Shown one piece after another: positions 30,947-41,284 of a stretch of 41,284 nucleotides of DNA. The DNA is from an uncultured delta proteobacterium. Its GTDB lineage: Bacteria; Desulfobacterota; WTBG01; CAIYCZ01; CAIRTM01. Every line of letters begins with the position of its first letter. The first letter of the stretch is position 1. The notes beneath the pieces were generated by a model, which worked only from the letters and a program-made list of their open reading frames with translations, searched no databases and was not told the DNA's origin. The stretch lies in the NCBI GenBank assembly GCA_963804955.1, contig CAWDSQ010000028.1, positions 1 to 41,284 on the forward strand, written 5' to 3'. The translations under genes and the position numbers were made by a program.

Positions 30947-32529
30947 TCAAGCGTCAAAATGCAGCGCTGCCTGCATGCCGTCCACCGCGCTGCTGACAAT
31001 GCCGCCGGCATAGCCCGACCCCTCGCCTACGGGAATGAGCCCTCGAATGCCGCGGGCGTGAAAGGTATCCTTATCACGGGCAATGCGCACAGGCGAGGAT
31101 GTTCGGGTTTCAACTCCTATGAGAATTCCTTCGCTTATAAAGCCATAAAGCTTTTTGTCAAAAGCTGCCAGGCCCCGCTGAAGAGGTCTGCAGATGAAGT
31201 CCGGCAAAAGCAGACGAAGGTCGGAAGGAGTACTGCCGGGGCTGTAGGAGCAGTGGATATCCTGCGCGGGTAAATCGGCAGAAAGTGCTGCCCATAAAAT
31301 CAGCTGCGCGCTGCACCGGCGCAAAGAATCCGCCCCCGCCGGCTTTAAATGCCGCTTGCTCAAGCTGCTCCTGAAATGCAATGCCAGCCAGAGGCCCCTG
31401 ATCGGTAAAATCATTCTCGCGCACCGTAACCACGATAGCGGAATTTGCCCGGCCCGAGTCGCGGCCATAGGTGCTCATACCATTGGTACACAACTGGCCA
31501 TCGCCGGTGGCGCAGCCGATCACACAACCGCCCGGGCACATGCAGAAAGAATAAACCCCCCTGCCGCTTTCGCCGTCTTTATGGCTGAAAAAATAATCCG
31601 CCGAGCCAAGGGCCGGATGTCGTGACCACGGGCCGAGCATGGCTTTGTTGATCAGCTCCTGCGGATGCTCGATGCGCAGGCCCGCGGCAAAGCCCTTGGG
31701 CTCAAGAACCACCCCCTTGTCATGCAGAAGGCGGTACATATCCCTGGCGCTGTGGCCGGTGGCAAGAAAGACCGTTCCTGCGGAAATATGCTTGCCCCCT
31801 GCGGTAAGCCCCGTCACCCGTCCCTGCTCGATGCTGATATCGCTCACCCGGGTTTCAAACACAAAATCAGCCCCGCGGCGCTGAAGCTCATCGACAAGGG
31901 CCGGAATAATCTTCTGCAGGCGGTCCGTGCCGATATGGGGCTTGCTGTCGAAAGCTATGGACGGGTCAGCGCCCATCTCGATGAGGGTTTTGAAAACTTT
32001 TTCTTTCAGGGGCGATTTCGTGCGCGTCGTGAGCTTGCCGTCGGAAAACGTGCCGGCGCCTCCTTCGCCATACAGGGCGTTTGATTCGGGGTTTAAAAGC
32101 CCCTGCCGCCAGAAAAGATCAGCCGATACGGCCCGGTCTTTGATCCGCTCGCCCCGCTCTATGACAATCGGCGGCGATCCCCGCTCGACAAGCGTGAGCG
32201 CGGCAAAAAGTCCTGCCGGGCCGCTGCCGATAATAACGGGCCGGTCTTTCAGCCGGGAAATTCTTGAAGGGGCAGGCAGCGCCTGTTCATGGTGCTCCGA
32301 AACGCCGGGCCGCGCAAGCACCGCCTGCAGTGCGGCCCTGCCGGCTGCAACCGTAACAGCCACGGTATAGCACAAAGTCAACCCGCTCCTGCCGCGCATC
32401 GATTGCGCGGCGCAGAATCCGTATGTCTGACAGGCAGGTCTCTGCAATACCAAGCGCATCTGCCAGTATCGGCCCCAGCCCGGTGTCACGGTCTGCAGCA
32501 TGCCTGAGATTTATAATCCTGACAGTCAG
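30947..32529 (-). CDS. Uncharacterised FAD-dependent oxidoreductase (start uncertain, frameshifts)
   Basis: IIGSGPAGLFAA, GEGGAGTFSDGKL, PHIGTD, ATGHSARD, FCMCPGG, ETRTSSPVRI and GEGSGYAGGIVSSAVDG. N-terminal RRAIDAR in a second frame. Confidence 0.85.
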
Positions 32530-33966
32530 TCTTTCAGAGCCTTCAGCCATGCCAGTGCCTCTTCGCGCGTGCTGATGCGCCCTTCCCGCTCGGCGCGGTG
32601 CAGTTCCTGCAGGAGCTTTCCGACACGGGGGCCCTCCTCCACAGCAAGCTCGTCCATAATATCCTTGCCGGTTACAAGCTGCGTATCGTCCTGACCGCAG
32701 GGCAGCTCCAGTGCTTTTTCAAGAAGCTCTGCGGCAAGAGCCCTGGCAACCTCAAGGCCGGGCATATAGGCAGGGTCGCTGCTTGTGGCCATCATGTCGG
32801 CAAGGGCAAGCAGCAGCACTTCAACAGCCACCTCTTCGCAGTCGCTCAAAAAGCGCCGCTTGGCCCGCTCTGTGGGCTTTTCAAGAAGGGCGAGCTGCAG
32901 CAGGCGCATATGGTTTGCCGTGGCAAGCTCGATCATGCGCCTGCATCGCCTGCCGAGTCCCAGCCGCTCTGCAATGGCTTTATTGATGCGGCTGCCTTCC
33001 AGGTCATGGCCGTGGAAGTGCAGCTTACCGTCAGCCTCCTGCGCAGCCCCGGGTTTCCCGCTGTCATGCAGAAGAGCGGCAAAAACAAGCAGCGCCCGAC
33101 GCGTGACGCCCTCTTCCAGAACTTCCGCCAGATACTCGTGCATACGCCGCGCAGGTATGCGGCCCATGCCTGCAGCACCATCTACAATATCGGTCAAATG
33201 TTCAACCGTCAGCAGGCTGTGTTCAAGCAGATTATGCTGATGCGGCAGGCACTGCGCAACACCCGCCCAGTCTGCAAGCTGGGGCAGAAAAAGGCCCATG
33301 AAGCCCATCTGCATGAGCTGGCTGAGCGACACGGCAGGACCGGGAAGATGCAGTATGGTAAACAGCTCCTTCTTGATCCGCTCGATCGAGACACTTCGTG
33401 ATGAGCTCGTGCTTTTCCGCGCACAGGGAAAATGTTTGAAAATCAATTGTATAGCCGAGCTGCCGGGCAAAGCGCACAGCCCGCAGCATGCGCAGGGGGT
33501 CGTCATCAAAGCTGCGGCTGCTGCACATGCGCACGATTTTATTCTGAATATCCTGCCTGCCTCCCAGCGGATCGATAAGCGCAGTGTCGCCGGTTTCGCA
33601 CAGCTTTCGCAGATCAAGGGCCAGGGCATTGATGGTAAAGTCGCGCAGACGAAGGTCGCCGTCGATATCAGGCGCCTTGAACCTGGCAAAGTCAACGGAT
33701 TCGTATGCGCCTGAATCAGCTCGGTAGACAATCCGGGTCTGGTTAAAATCCCAGGGGATGGCATGCCCCCTGACCCTGCGGGTGAAGGCGCCGACAATGT
33801 CATCGAAGCGGCCTGCTACGGCAAAATCGCAGTCGCCGCTGAAAAAAACGCCCGTCAGCGTATCGCGCACCGCGCCGCCGACCAGGTACATCGGCACGCC
33901 GGTTTCGCGCGCAAGCTGACAGGCAAGCTGCACAGGCGCCAGATCTTTTAGCTTTTGCAGATTCAC
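32526..33966 (-). CDS. CCA tRNA nucleotidyltransferase / poly(A) polymerase family with HD domain (frameshifted)
   Basis: YLVGGAVRD, DCD, DLRLRDFTINA, DPLGG, DDPLRMLRAVRF, SIERI, LLHDSGK, FHGH and TGKDIM...GPRVGKLL. Confidence 0.88.
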
Positions 33967-33991
33967 ATTGCCTACGGACTGTTTGTTTATT

Positions 33992-35273
33992 TTAGTGTTG
34001 CTTTAACCTGATGCTCACCGACCGGGCATGGGCATCAAGCTGCTCGGCTGCGGCAAGGCGCACCACGTCGGGGCCGAGCCGGTCAAGAGCAGCCTGTGTA
34101 AATGACACAAGGCTTGTCTTCTTTATGAAGTCATCAACCGACAGGGGAGAATAAAACCGCGCCGTGCCGCCTGTGGGCAGCACATGGTTGGGCCCGGCGA
34201 TATAATCTCCCACCGGCTCGGGGGAATAATGGCCCATAAATATCGCGCCTGCATTGGTGATGCTGCCCAGCAGTTCCCAGGGGCGATCAACATACAGTTC
34301 GAGATGCTCGGGCGCCATATCATTTGCCAGGCTTACCGCCTGATCCAAATTCTCCGCTACAATAATCGCGCCGTACTGCTCGATTGACTTTTCAGCTATA
34401 TGCTTTTTCGGCAGCACGGCAAGCTGCGCCTGCACCTGTGCTGCAACCTTACCGGCAAAAGCCGCATCGGTGGTGATAAGAATCGATGAGGCCATTTCAT
34501 CATGCTCGGCCTGCGAGAGCATATCGGCAGCAACCCAGGAGGGGTCGCCCGTGCCGTCGGAAATAATAAGAATCTCGCTGGGGCCGGCTATCATGTCGAT
34601 ATCCACATCGCCGTACACGAGCTTTTTGGCCGTGGCCACATAGATATTGCCGGGACCGACGATCTTATCGACGCGGGGCACTGTGGCTGTTCCGTAAGCA
34701 AGGGCCGCCACTGCCTGAGCCCCGCCGATTTTAAAAATTTTAGTTATGCCGCACAGCTGCGCCGCCGCAAGAATCAGTGGGTGTATCTCGCCTGCGGGCG
34801 CGGGGCAGACCATCACAATTTCCTCCACGCCGGCAACACGGGCGGGTATGGCATTCATAAGCACGGATGAAGGATAAACCGCCTTGCCGCCGGGCACATA
34901 CAGGCCCACCCGCTTAAGGGGCCGCACGATCTGACCCAGTATCTCGCCGTCGGGGCCTGTGGTGAACCATGAATTTTGCAGCTGCCTGCGGTGAAACTCC
35001 TCGATGCGCTGGTGGGCAAGCCTGAGCGAGGCAAGCAGTTCCGGTTCGACCCTGGCTGCTGCGTCGCGAACCGCATCAGGCGGCACAGTGATATCCCTGT
35101 GGCCGTCAAATTTTTCCGTGAGGCGCAGCAGCGCCTCATCCCCTTCCGAGCGCACCTGGCCGATAATAGTCGCGTACAGCGGCTTCAATTTCAGCGGCCG
35201 TATCGCCAGCCCGGCTGAGGATCCGGGCAAAGTCTGACTTAAAACTGCTATCCTTAGTATTTAATAACTTCAT
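33992..35273 (-). CDS. hisD: Histidinol dehydrogenase (frameshift near the 5' end)
   Basis: Start MKLLNTKDSSF at 35273. GLYVPGGKAVYPSSVLMN, KIVGPGNIYV, IDMIAGPSE, QAEHD, APEHLEL and GDYIAGPNHVLPT. Confidence 0.95.
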
Positions 35274-35337
35274 AGTGACACCCTGCTTGATGATCATATT
35301 GGATATCTCTGGCGAAAAGGCCTGCCGTCTTCCCCGC

Positions 35338-36597
35338 TTACTGTTGTTCCTTCTCCCGGGCAATATCAGCGCCAAGGCCCTGCAGCTTCTTCTCAAGGTG
35401 CAGATAGCCCCGGTCAAGATGATACACGCGGTGCACGACCGTTGTGCCGTGTGCCGCAAGGCCCGCCAGGATAAGCGACGCGCTTGCACGCAAATCGCTT
35501 GCCATCACATGTGCGCCTTTGAGGGCTTTGACGCCCGTTACAAAAGCCGTGTCATGCTCAACCTTGATCTTTGCGCCCATGCGGTCAAGCTCCGCCACAT
35601 GAATAAAGCGGTTTTCAAAAATGGTTTCCCGTATAATGGACGAGCCTCCGGCAAGGGTGAGAAGGGCCATGACCTGCGCCTGCATGTCCGTGGGAAAGCC
35701 GGGATACGGGTTGGTTGCCAGATCGATGGAATGAAGCCCGTCTTTGCGGCGCACGCGCACCCGGTCTGCTGCAAGCTCGTCAATGACAAGGCCGGCCTCG
35801 CGCAGCTTGTCGATCGTTGAGGCCATATGCTGCACGGGGCAGTTCTGTATCGTTATATCGCCCCCGGTAATGCCGCCTGCAACCATGAGCGTGCCTGCCT
35901 CGATTCGGTCGGGCATGACGGTATAGTCGAGCGGGCTCAGGGACGAGACGCCGTCTACGGTGATCGTCGATGTACCGTCGCCCTGTATGCGCGCGCCCAT
36001 AGATCTCAGCGCAGCGGCCAGATCCACTATCTCCGGCTCTCTGGCTGCATTTTCAATAATGGTTGTGCCCCGGGCAAGGGTGGCCGTCATCATGATATGC
36101 TCGGTGCCGCCCACCGTGGGCATATCGAAAATAATATGCGCCCCGTGCAGCCCGCGGCAGGAGGCAGTGACATAGCCTTCTTCGATACTGATTTCGACGC
36201 CCATAGCCTCCAGTGCCTTGATATGCAGATCGACAGGCCGCACGCCGATGGCGCAGCCCCCGGGCAGCGAAACCCGGGCTTTGCCGAAACGGGCAAGCAG
36301 CGCCCCCAGCACAAGAAATGACGCGCGCATGGTTGACACCAGTTCATAGGGGGCCTCAAGGCATGAGACGGTGTCCGTCATAAACACCATGTCGTCGGCG
36401 CCTGATATTTCTGCGCCCAGGTGGCCGAGCAGGCGCTTCATCGTGACAATGTCACGAAGCGGGGGAACTCCCCGCAGTCTATGCGTGCCGCCGGTCAGCA
36501 GCGTTGCAGGCATGATGCACAGCGCGGAATTTTTCGCCCCGCTGACCGTCACCTCGCCTGCAAGCGGCCTGCCGCCGCGTACTGTGATTACATCCAA
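35338..36597 (-). CDS. murA: UDP-N-acetylglucosamine 1-carboxyvinyltransferase
   Basis: [57 protein letters not shown] and HLDRGY. Confidence 0.96.
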   Translation of the reverse strand: MDVITVRGGRPLAGEVTVSGAKNSALCIMPATLLTGGTHRLRGVPPLRDIVTMKRLLGHLGAEISGADDMVFMTDTVSCLEAPYELVSTMRASFLVLGALLARFGKARVSLPGGCAIGVRPVDLHIKALEAMGVEISIEEGYVTASCRGLHGAHIIFDMPTVGGTEHIMMTATLARGTTIIENAAREPEIVDLAAALRSMGARIQGDGTSTITVDGVSSLSPLDYTVMPDRIEAGTLMVAGGITGGDITIQNCPVQHMASTIDKLREAGLVIDELAADRVRVRRKDGLHSIDLATNPYPGFPTDMQAQVMALLTLAGGSSIIRETIFENRFIHVAELDRMGAKIKVEHDTAFVTGVKALKGAHVMASDLRASASLILAGLAAHGTTVVHRVYHLDRGYLHLEKKLQGLGADIAREKEQQ

Positions 36598-36612
36598 TTT
36601 CGAACCTTCTTT

Positions 36613-36858
36613 CTACTTTTTATTCCCGGTGTATACTTCTTCAATCTTGCGGTCCCGCTCGCGCTCGAGAAACGCTATTTCATCAGGCAGATTCTCCTCA
36701 TGCTTCAAAAGAATTTTCTTTTCTGCGATTTTAGCGCCGTACTGGCTTCTGATGTCCGCGATGAGGTCCTTCTGCTCATCACTGAGGTTCTGCGCATCAT
36801 CGATCCCCATAGTCTTCATTTTTTCAAGTGCCGCTTCATACGCGCTTTTCAGTGCCAT
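36613..36858 (-). CDS. Small charged hypothetical protein upstream of murA
   Basis: GAGGAGG RBS, MALKSAYEAALEKM..., co-oriented and close to murA. Confidence 0.75.
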   Translation of the reverse strand: MALKSAYEAALEKMKTMGIDDAQNLSDEQKDLIADIRSQYGAKIAEKKILLKHEENLPDEIAFLERERDRKIEEVYTGNKK

Positions 36859-36973
36859 ACACCCTCCTCATTGCTCTGTTATTGCTTATTTTATGCTTGC
36901 CACATCTCAGGGTATCGATATATATATTATCCCGCTTTCATTTAATCAAGCATTATAACCATAAGGAGCACTC

Positions 36974-37255
36974 ATGGCCGGCATACCGACACTGCTGAAA
37001 AAAAATCTTATATCCATAATAAAAAAGGATTATGAAGAATGCCAGTTTTATATGGCCTCAACCAATATGCTGATCCATAAAATACAGGATATTGCCGCAT
37101 CGCTGGAGAAAGATGATCTTGATTTCAACACACTGCGGGACGAAATAGGCGAAGTCGGCCTTTTTATCAGCAATGCCGAAAAGCGGCTTCAAGAGGTCGA
37201 GGAATGCTACACAAAGCTGGTGGAAGCTTTGGCTGACGGCAAGCCAAACAGCTGA
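36974..37255 (+). CDS. Small helical hypothetical protein
   Basis: AAGGAG RBS, 93-aa amphipathic/coiled-coil-like ORF directly upstream of the nitroreductase. Confidence 0.7.
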   Translation: MAGIPTLLKKNLISIIKKDYEECQFYMASTNMLIHKIQDIAASLEKDDLDFNTLRDEIGEVGLFISNAEKRLQEVEECYTKLVEALADGKPNS

Positions 37256-37260
37256 TAGAC

Positions 37261-37932
37261 ATGGAGAAAGCGATGGACCTGCATGATGCCCTGCGCGGGC
37301 GAAAAACCATACGCGGCTTTCTTGCGCAGCCGGTTCCCCAATCGGTGATCAGGGAAATTCTTATCGATGCGCACTGGGCCCCGTCCTCATCAAATCAGCA
37401 GCCCTGGCATTTTCATGTCGTAACGGGGGCTGCCCTGCAGGCGCTGTGCGGAAAAATAGAGGAGGCCCGCCGGCTGAAGCAGACAAGCTATGACCCGTCA
37501 AAAGGAAAAACCATTCCGCCGGAATATGTCGACCGGACAAAAAAGCTGTTCAAGCAGCTTCGGCCCTTCATAAGCTCCCTTGATGGCGACAACAAAAGCT
37601 TCATCGAAAGCGGCAGCTTCCGGTTCTACGGAGCGCCCGTGGTTGTTTTCATAACCATGCACGCAAGCCTGCCGAAATCAAGGTATATGGACATCGGCAT
37701 GGCTGCCCAGAACCTCATGCTCTCGGCCCATGGCCGGGGCCTTGGCACCTGCGCCATAGCGCTCACGCTCTACTACGGCGATGCCATCAATGCCTGCCTG
37801 GGCATCGACCCTGACCAGCATGAAACCCTGCTCTCACTGGCCCTTGGGTACCCTGACAATGAATTCCCCGTGAACCGTTTCCGCTCCAGCCGCGAGGACA
37901 TAGACCCCTTCATCACCTGGGCGGGTTTTTAG
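37261..37932 (+). CDS. Nitroreductase-family flavoprotein
   Basis: RKTIRGF, WAPSSSNQQPW, FYGAP, DIGMAAQNLMLSAHGRGLGTC and LGYP. Confidence 0.92.
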   Translation: MEKAMDLHDALRGRKTIRGFLAQPVPQSVIREILIDAHWAPSSSNQQPWHFHVVTGAALQALCGKIEEARRLKQTSYDPSKGKTIPPEYVDRTKKLFKQLRPFISSLDGDNKSFIESGSFRFYGAPVVVFITMHASLPKSRYMDIGMAAQNLMLSAHGRGLGTCAIALTLYYGDAINACLGIDPDQHETLLSLALGYPDNEFPVNRFRSSREDIDPFITWAGF

Positions 37933-38114
37933 AGCATTTTTTAAAATAGTATAGCCATAGCGCACAGGTGAGCTTTTGATGAGAGCAGCCCGTGCGGTTC
38001 GAGCGATGTACTTTCCATCATGACTGGCTTCTCTTGCGAGAATATAGCACGGGCAAACGAATCAAACGCTCATCATAAGGGCGCATGTGTTACGACATAA
38101 AGAAAAATGCTTTA
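37930..38114. repeat. 185-bp long-hairpin (MITE/palindromic) element overlapping the nitroreductase stop codon
   Basis: Nested inverted pairs TAGAGCATTTTT/AAAAATGCTTTA, TGATGAG/CTCATCA and CCCGTGC/GCACGGG. Confidence 0.65.
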
Positions 38115-38120
38115 ATCCAT

Positions 38121-38162
38121 AAAAAAAGGCTGCTGATCGCTCAGCAGCCTTTGTGCTTTTTT
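38121..38162. terminator. Bidirectional intrinsic terminator between nitroreductase and gcvH
   Basis: A7, AAAGGCTGCTGA-TCGC-TCAGCAGCCTTT and a T-rich tail, between convergent genes. Confidence 0.85.
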
Positions 38163-38172
38163 ATACGCAGCC

Positions 38173-38568
38173 TCAGTCGTCGTCGCCGCCATCTGCAAGG
38201 AAGCGCTCATACTCTTCGAAATCCATCAGGTTCTTCAGCTCGTCCAGATGGCTTATATCCAGCTCCACCAGCCAGCCGTCGCCATAGGGGTCGTGGTTGA
38301 TAATGGTGGGGTCCTCATCAAGGTCCTCATTCACCTCAACGACTTTGCCGCTGAGAGGCGCATACACCTCGGAGAGCATTTTTTCGGCTTCAATAACCAC
38401 GAAAGAATCAAACTGTTCATGCTCGCCGTCAACTTCAGGCAGCTCCACGAACAGCACCTTGCCGAAACGATTCTGCGCATGCTCGGTAACGCCGACGCGG
38501 GCAATATGATTCTTGTACATCTTCACCCACTCATGCGTCTTGGTATACTTCAGTTCCTCCTGGTACAT
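38173..38568 (-). CDS. gcvH: Glycine cleavage system H protein
   Basis: LKYTKTHEWV, VGVTEHAQ, FVELP, lipoyl-Lys in IEAEKMLSEVYAPLSG and INHDPYGDGWL. Confidence 0.9.
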   Translation of the reverse strand: MYQEELKYTKTHEWVKMYKNHIARVGVTEHAQNRFGKVLFVELPEVDGEHEQFDSFVVIEAEKMLSEVYAPLSGKVVEVNEDLDEDPTIINHDPYGDGWLVELDISHLDELKNLMDFEEYERFLADGGDDD

Positions 38569-38783
38569 AGCGCGCCCTATCTCGTAAATGTTAATTAGAT
38601 TGTCTGACCGGCTTCCAGTGCAAATCCCTATTTTGTACGCTAGAATAAATAAGTCTCAGTTCTTGTCAAGTGAAATATAGTGCTGTAAAAAAATATTTTC
38701 AACTCTCTGTTTCCTGCCTTTCTGTTGACTTCATGCAACCTCTGGATTACTACTAGCATATATTTTCCCGAGGTGCAAAAAAC

Positions 38784-39541
38784 ATGGAAATAATGATTAT
38801 CGGCTCCGGAACCTGCGTGCCGTCACAGCACAGGGCATCACCCTGCGTGATGGTTAAAACGGCAGGATCGACCATATTGTGCGATACCGGGCCGGGCACG
38901 CTGCGGCAGCTTCTGCAGGCAGGCACTCTGATCAGCGCTATCGACATGATCATCTATTCACATTTTCATATAGACCATACGGCAGATTTCTGCCCCTTTC
39001 TCTTCGCGTCAAAATACGGCCCGGAGCTTGTGCGCAGCCGTGACCTGACCATCATGGGGCCGCCGGGACTCAAGCAGTGGTATGAGGATCTCAAACGGGT
39101 TCACGGGCAATGGATCGAGCCGGAACTTTATAAAATAAACTGGATTGAAACAGCATGGTGAAAAACATCTTTTCAACTGGCTTTTCCGTTCAAAGCGCAC
39201 AGGTGAAGCACAGCGAGTCGTGCATTGCCGTACGCATTGAAGATGAGAGCGGCAAAGCCCTGGTCTATTCAGGCGACACGGACTATTGTGAAGGAATTAT
39301 AGATATTTCAAGAAATGCTGATAAGGTTTTGCTTGAATGCTCATGCCCTGAAGGCTGCAAGGTTGAAGGACATCTGACCCCCTCGCTTGCAGGCCGCATC
39401 GCCCGTGAGTCGGGGTGCAAAAGCCTGGTGCTCACCCACTTGTATCCGGACTGCGACCGCCATGACATCCTGGCTCCGCTGCGGCAGGAATTTGACGGCC
39501 CCTGCGAAATTGCCCATGACTTACAGACATTCAGCCTCTGA
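38784..39541 (+). CDS. MBL-fold metallo-hydrolase, RNase Z-like (one frameshift)
   Basis: GSGTCVP, DTGPG, SHFHIDH, YSGDT, ECS, GHLTP and LTHLY. Confidence 0.88.
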
Positions 39542-39546
39542 CAGCC

Positions 39547-40458
39547 ATGAAAACTGATTCCACACCGGTATTTCTCATTACGGGCGCCAGCGGTTTTGTC
39601 GGCAGCAGGATATGCCGTCATCTTGCCCCGCGCTTCACGGTTGTCGGGGCATACCGCTCACACCCTTTTTGCCTGCCCGGTTGCAGCAGCATTGCCCTTG
39701 ATATAACCGACCGCAGACAGGTTCATGAGGCAATTCAGGCAGTGCGGCCCACGCATATCATTCACGGGGCGGCAGTATCGGCGCCGGATATCTGTGAAAA
39801 CAACCCGCAGGAGGCATGGGACATCAACTGCACGGGCACGCAGAACATACTCGATGCAGCCAGTGCCATCGGCAGCCGCTTTGTTTTTATTTCAACCGAC
39901 CTTGTATTTGACGGCAGGCTCGGAAACTATGCCGAAGCAGATCCCGTCAACCCCATCAACCAGTATGCCCGCACAAAGGTGGAAGCTGAAAAACTTTGCC
40001 TGAATCAGAAGGAAAATTCATTAATTGTTCGCATAACCCTCCAGTATGGTTTAAGCAAGGGTTTTGCAGCATCATTTTGCGACCTGCTCATAAGCAAGCT
40101 GAAGCAAGGTCAGGAAGTTTCTCTTTTTACAGACCAGATCCGCACGCCGACCTATGTGATTGATACGGCCTGCGGCCTTGAGCATGCAGCCCTGCACGGC
40201 AGTCCCGGCGAAATATATCATCTGGCAGGCCCCGAGACTATAAGCAGATACGGCTTTGCCGCAAAACTGGCTTCTATTTTCAATCTGCCAGACAGCCTGC
40301 TCAAGCCCTGCAGAATGGATGAAACGGCTACAATCGCGCGGCGGCCCCGTGATGCCTCCCTGCTTATCACCAAATTCACCGAAAGCTTTCATTTTACCCC
40401 GAGAAACGTAACCGATGGCCTTAAGGCAATGAATCATGAAAAAACTACAACCTTTTAA
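39547..40458 (+). CDS. Extended SDR, dTDP-4-dehydrorhamnose reductase (RmlD)-like
   Basis: ITGASGFVG, ISTDLVFDG, PINQYARTK (YxxxK), DQIRTPT and RPRDASL. Confidence 0.88.
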   Translation: MKTDSTPVFLITGASGFVGSRICRHLAPRFTVVGAYRSHPFCLPGCSSIALDITDRRQVHEAIQAVRPTHIIHGAAVSAPDICENNPQEAWDINCTGTQNILDAASAIGSRFVFISTDLVFDGRLGNYAEADPVNPINQYARTKVEAEKLCLNQKENSLIVRITLQYGLSKGFAASFCDLLISKLKQGQEVSLFTDQIRTPTYVIDTACGLEHAALHGSPGEIYHLAGPETISRYGFAAKLASIFNLPDSLLKPCRMDETATIARRPRDASLLITKFTESFHFTPRNVTDGLKAMNHEKTTTF

Positions 40459-41284
40459 AATTTATTTATTTATATACGTTATATTTTTTTCAGCCTGCGC
40501 AGAGGTCAAGACAGGAGAACCGTTACCGCAGGCCATTATGCCCCCAACAGTTTACCAGGGCTCGGCTGCCTTTTTAATTCTCAACGACCAAGCAGCAGCC
40601 GAAGCCGCAGCTTACAAAGACAATACTACTATCAGTTTCTACCGCGATAATGCCACAGCTCCGCTGCGCGCCCTGCTCGGCATCGACCTTGATGAGCCGC
40701 CGGGCAGCAGGGAGTTGCGCGTTTCTATTGTTGCCAAAGACGGTAAGTCCAGGCAGCAGCGCATCGCCTATACGGTTCTCAAAAGAAATTTTCCCACGCA
40801 GCACCTCACGCTTCCCGGGGCAAGGGGCGTTCCCGGACAACAAAAGGATGAACGCTTTGAGCGCGAAAAAGAAATTGTGGACAAAATATTTGCCCGGACA
40901 GGTCAAGGAAAAGCTCTGGCAGCGGTTTCTTTATCAGGCCCATTGCCGGCGAAATCACCACGGATTTCGGCGCACGGCGCTTCATAAACGGAGCGCCGAA
41001 AAACCACCACACAGGAATTGATATCAAAGCCCCGGCCGGTACCCCGATTGCTGCCTCGTCCGACGGTCGCGTCTCATACACAGGCCGGTTTTCCTTATCG
41101 GGCAACAGCGTATTTATCGATCACGGCACCGGCATCTGCACCATGTATTTTCACCTTGCCTCGTTTGCAGTGCAATCCGGTCAAAAGGTAAAAAGGGGCG
41201 ACATCATCGGCACTGTCGGCTCCACAGGCCGCTCAACCGGGCCGCATTTGCACTGGGGCGTGCGGGTCAACAACAAGCGCGTCG
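40436..41284 (+). CDS. M23-family metallopeptidase, probable lipoprotein (frameshifted, truncated by the window end)
   Basis: FSAC lipobox-like leader. A downstream frame gives HTGIDIKAP.GTPI, GNSVFIDHG, YFHL and GSTGRSTGPHLHWG. Confidence 0.88.

Noticed and set aside
33992..35273. hisD, the CCA-type enzyme and other split genes as true pseudogenes
   Set aside because: Catalytic motifs are intact and the lesions are isolated single-base indels, so sequencing error is the simpler explanation.
38569..38783. Glycine riboswitch upstream of gcvH
   Set aside because: No GGAGA...CCGAAG...CTCTCAGG aptamer pattern. The region looks like a divergent promoter.

Overview
This is a 41 kb, moderately GC-rich bacterial chromosomal window. 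Gene content and style suggest an anaerobic Desulfobacterota/deltaproteobacterium (inference). Many genes, including housekeeping hisD and the CCA-type nucleotidyltransferase, are split by single-base indels. This points to an error-prone long-read assembly rather than mass pseudogenisation. Left to right: (1) a sulfite-reductase-like 4Fe-4S protein, a HAD phosphatase and a selenocysteine-containing SelD (in-frame UGA plus SECIS-like hairpin, missed by the ORF track); (2) malic enzyme followed by a Tat-lipoprotein ferredoxin plus aldehyde:ferredoxin oxidoreductase pair, bracketed by a degenerate second copy of the malic enzyme 3' end; (3) an ~21 kb copper-centred locus with three NosL-family proteins but no nosZ, a sensor kinase and sigma-54 activator, SCO, a cytochrome c/periplasmic binding protein fusion, a MacB/FtsX-type ABC system, a Cys/His-rich membrane protein, a receiver protein, a 1145-aa secreted multicopper oxidase with two FN3 domains, and two tandem secreted Thr-rich repeat proteins sharing an unrecognised C-terminal domain; (4) an Mrr-like nuclease and housekeeping genes (FAD oxidoreductase, CCA/poly(A) polymerase, hisD, murA, nitroreductase, gcvH, MBL hydrolase, RmlD-like SDR, M23 peptidase). 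Intergenic regions hold many REP-like palindromes and MITE-like elements. One is a three-level nested element present twice with its 141-bp core in opposite orientations. No rRNA, tRNA, CRISPR array or transposase was found.
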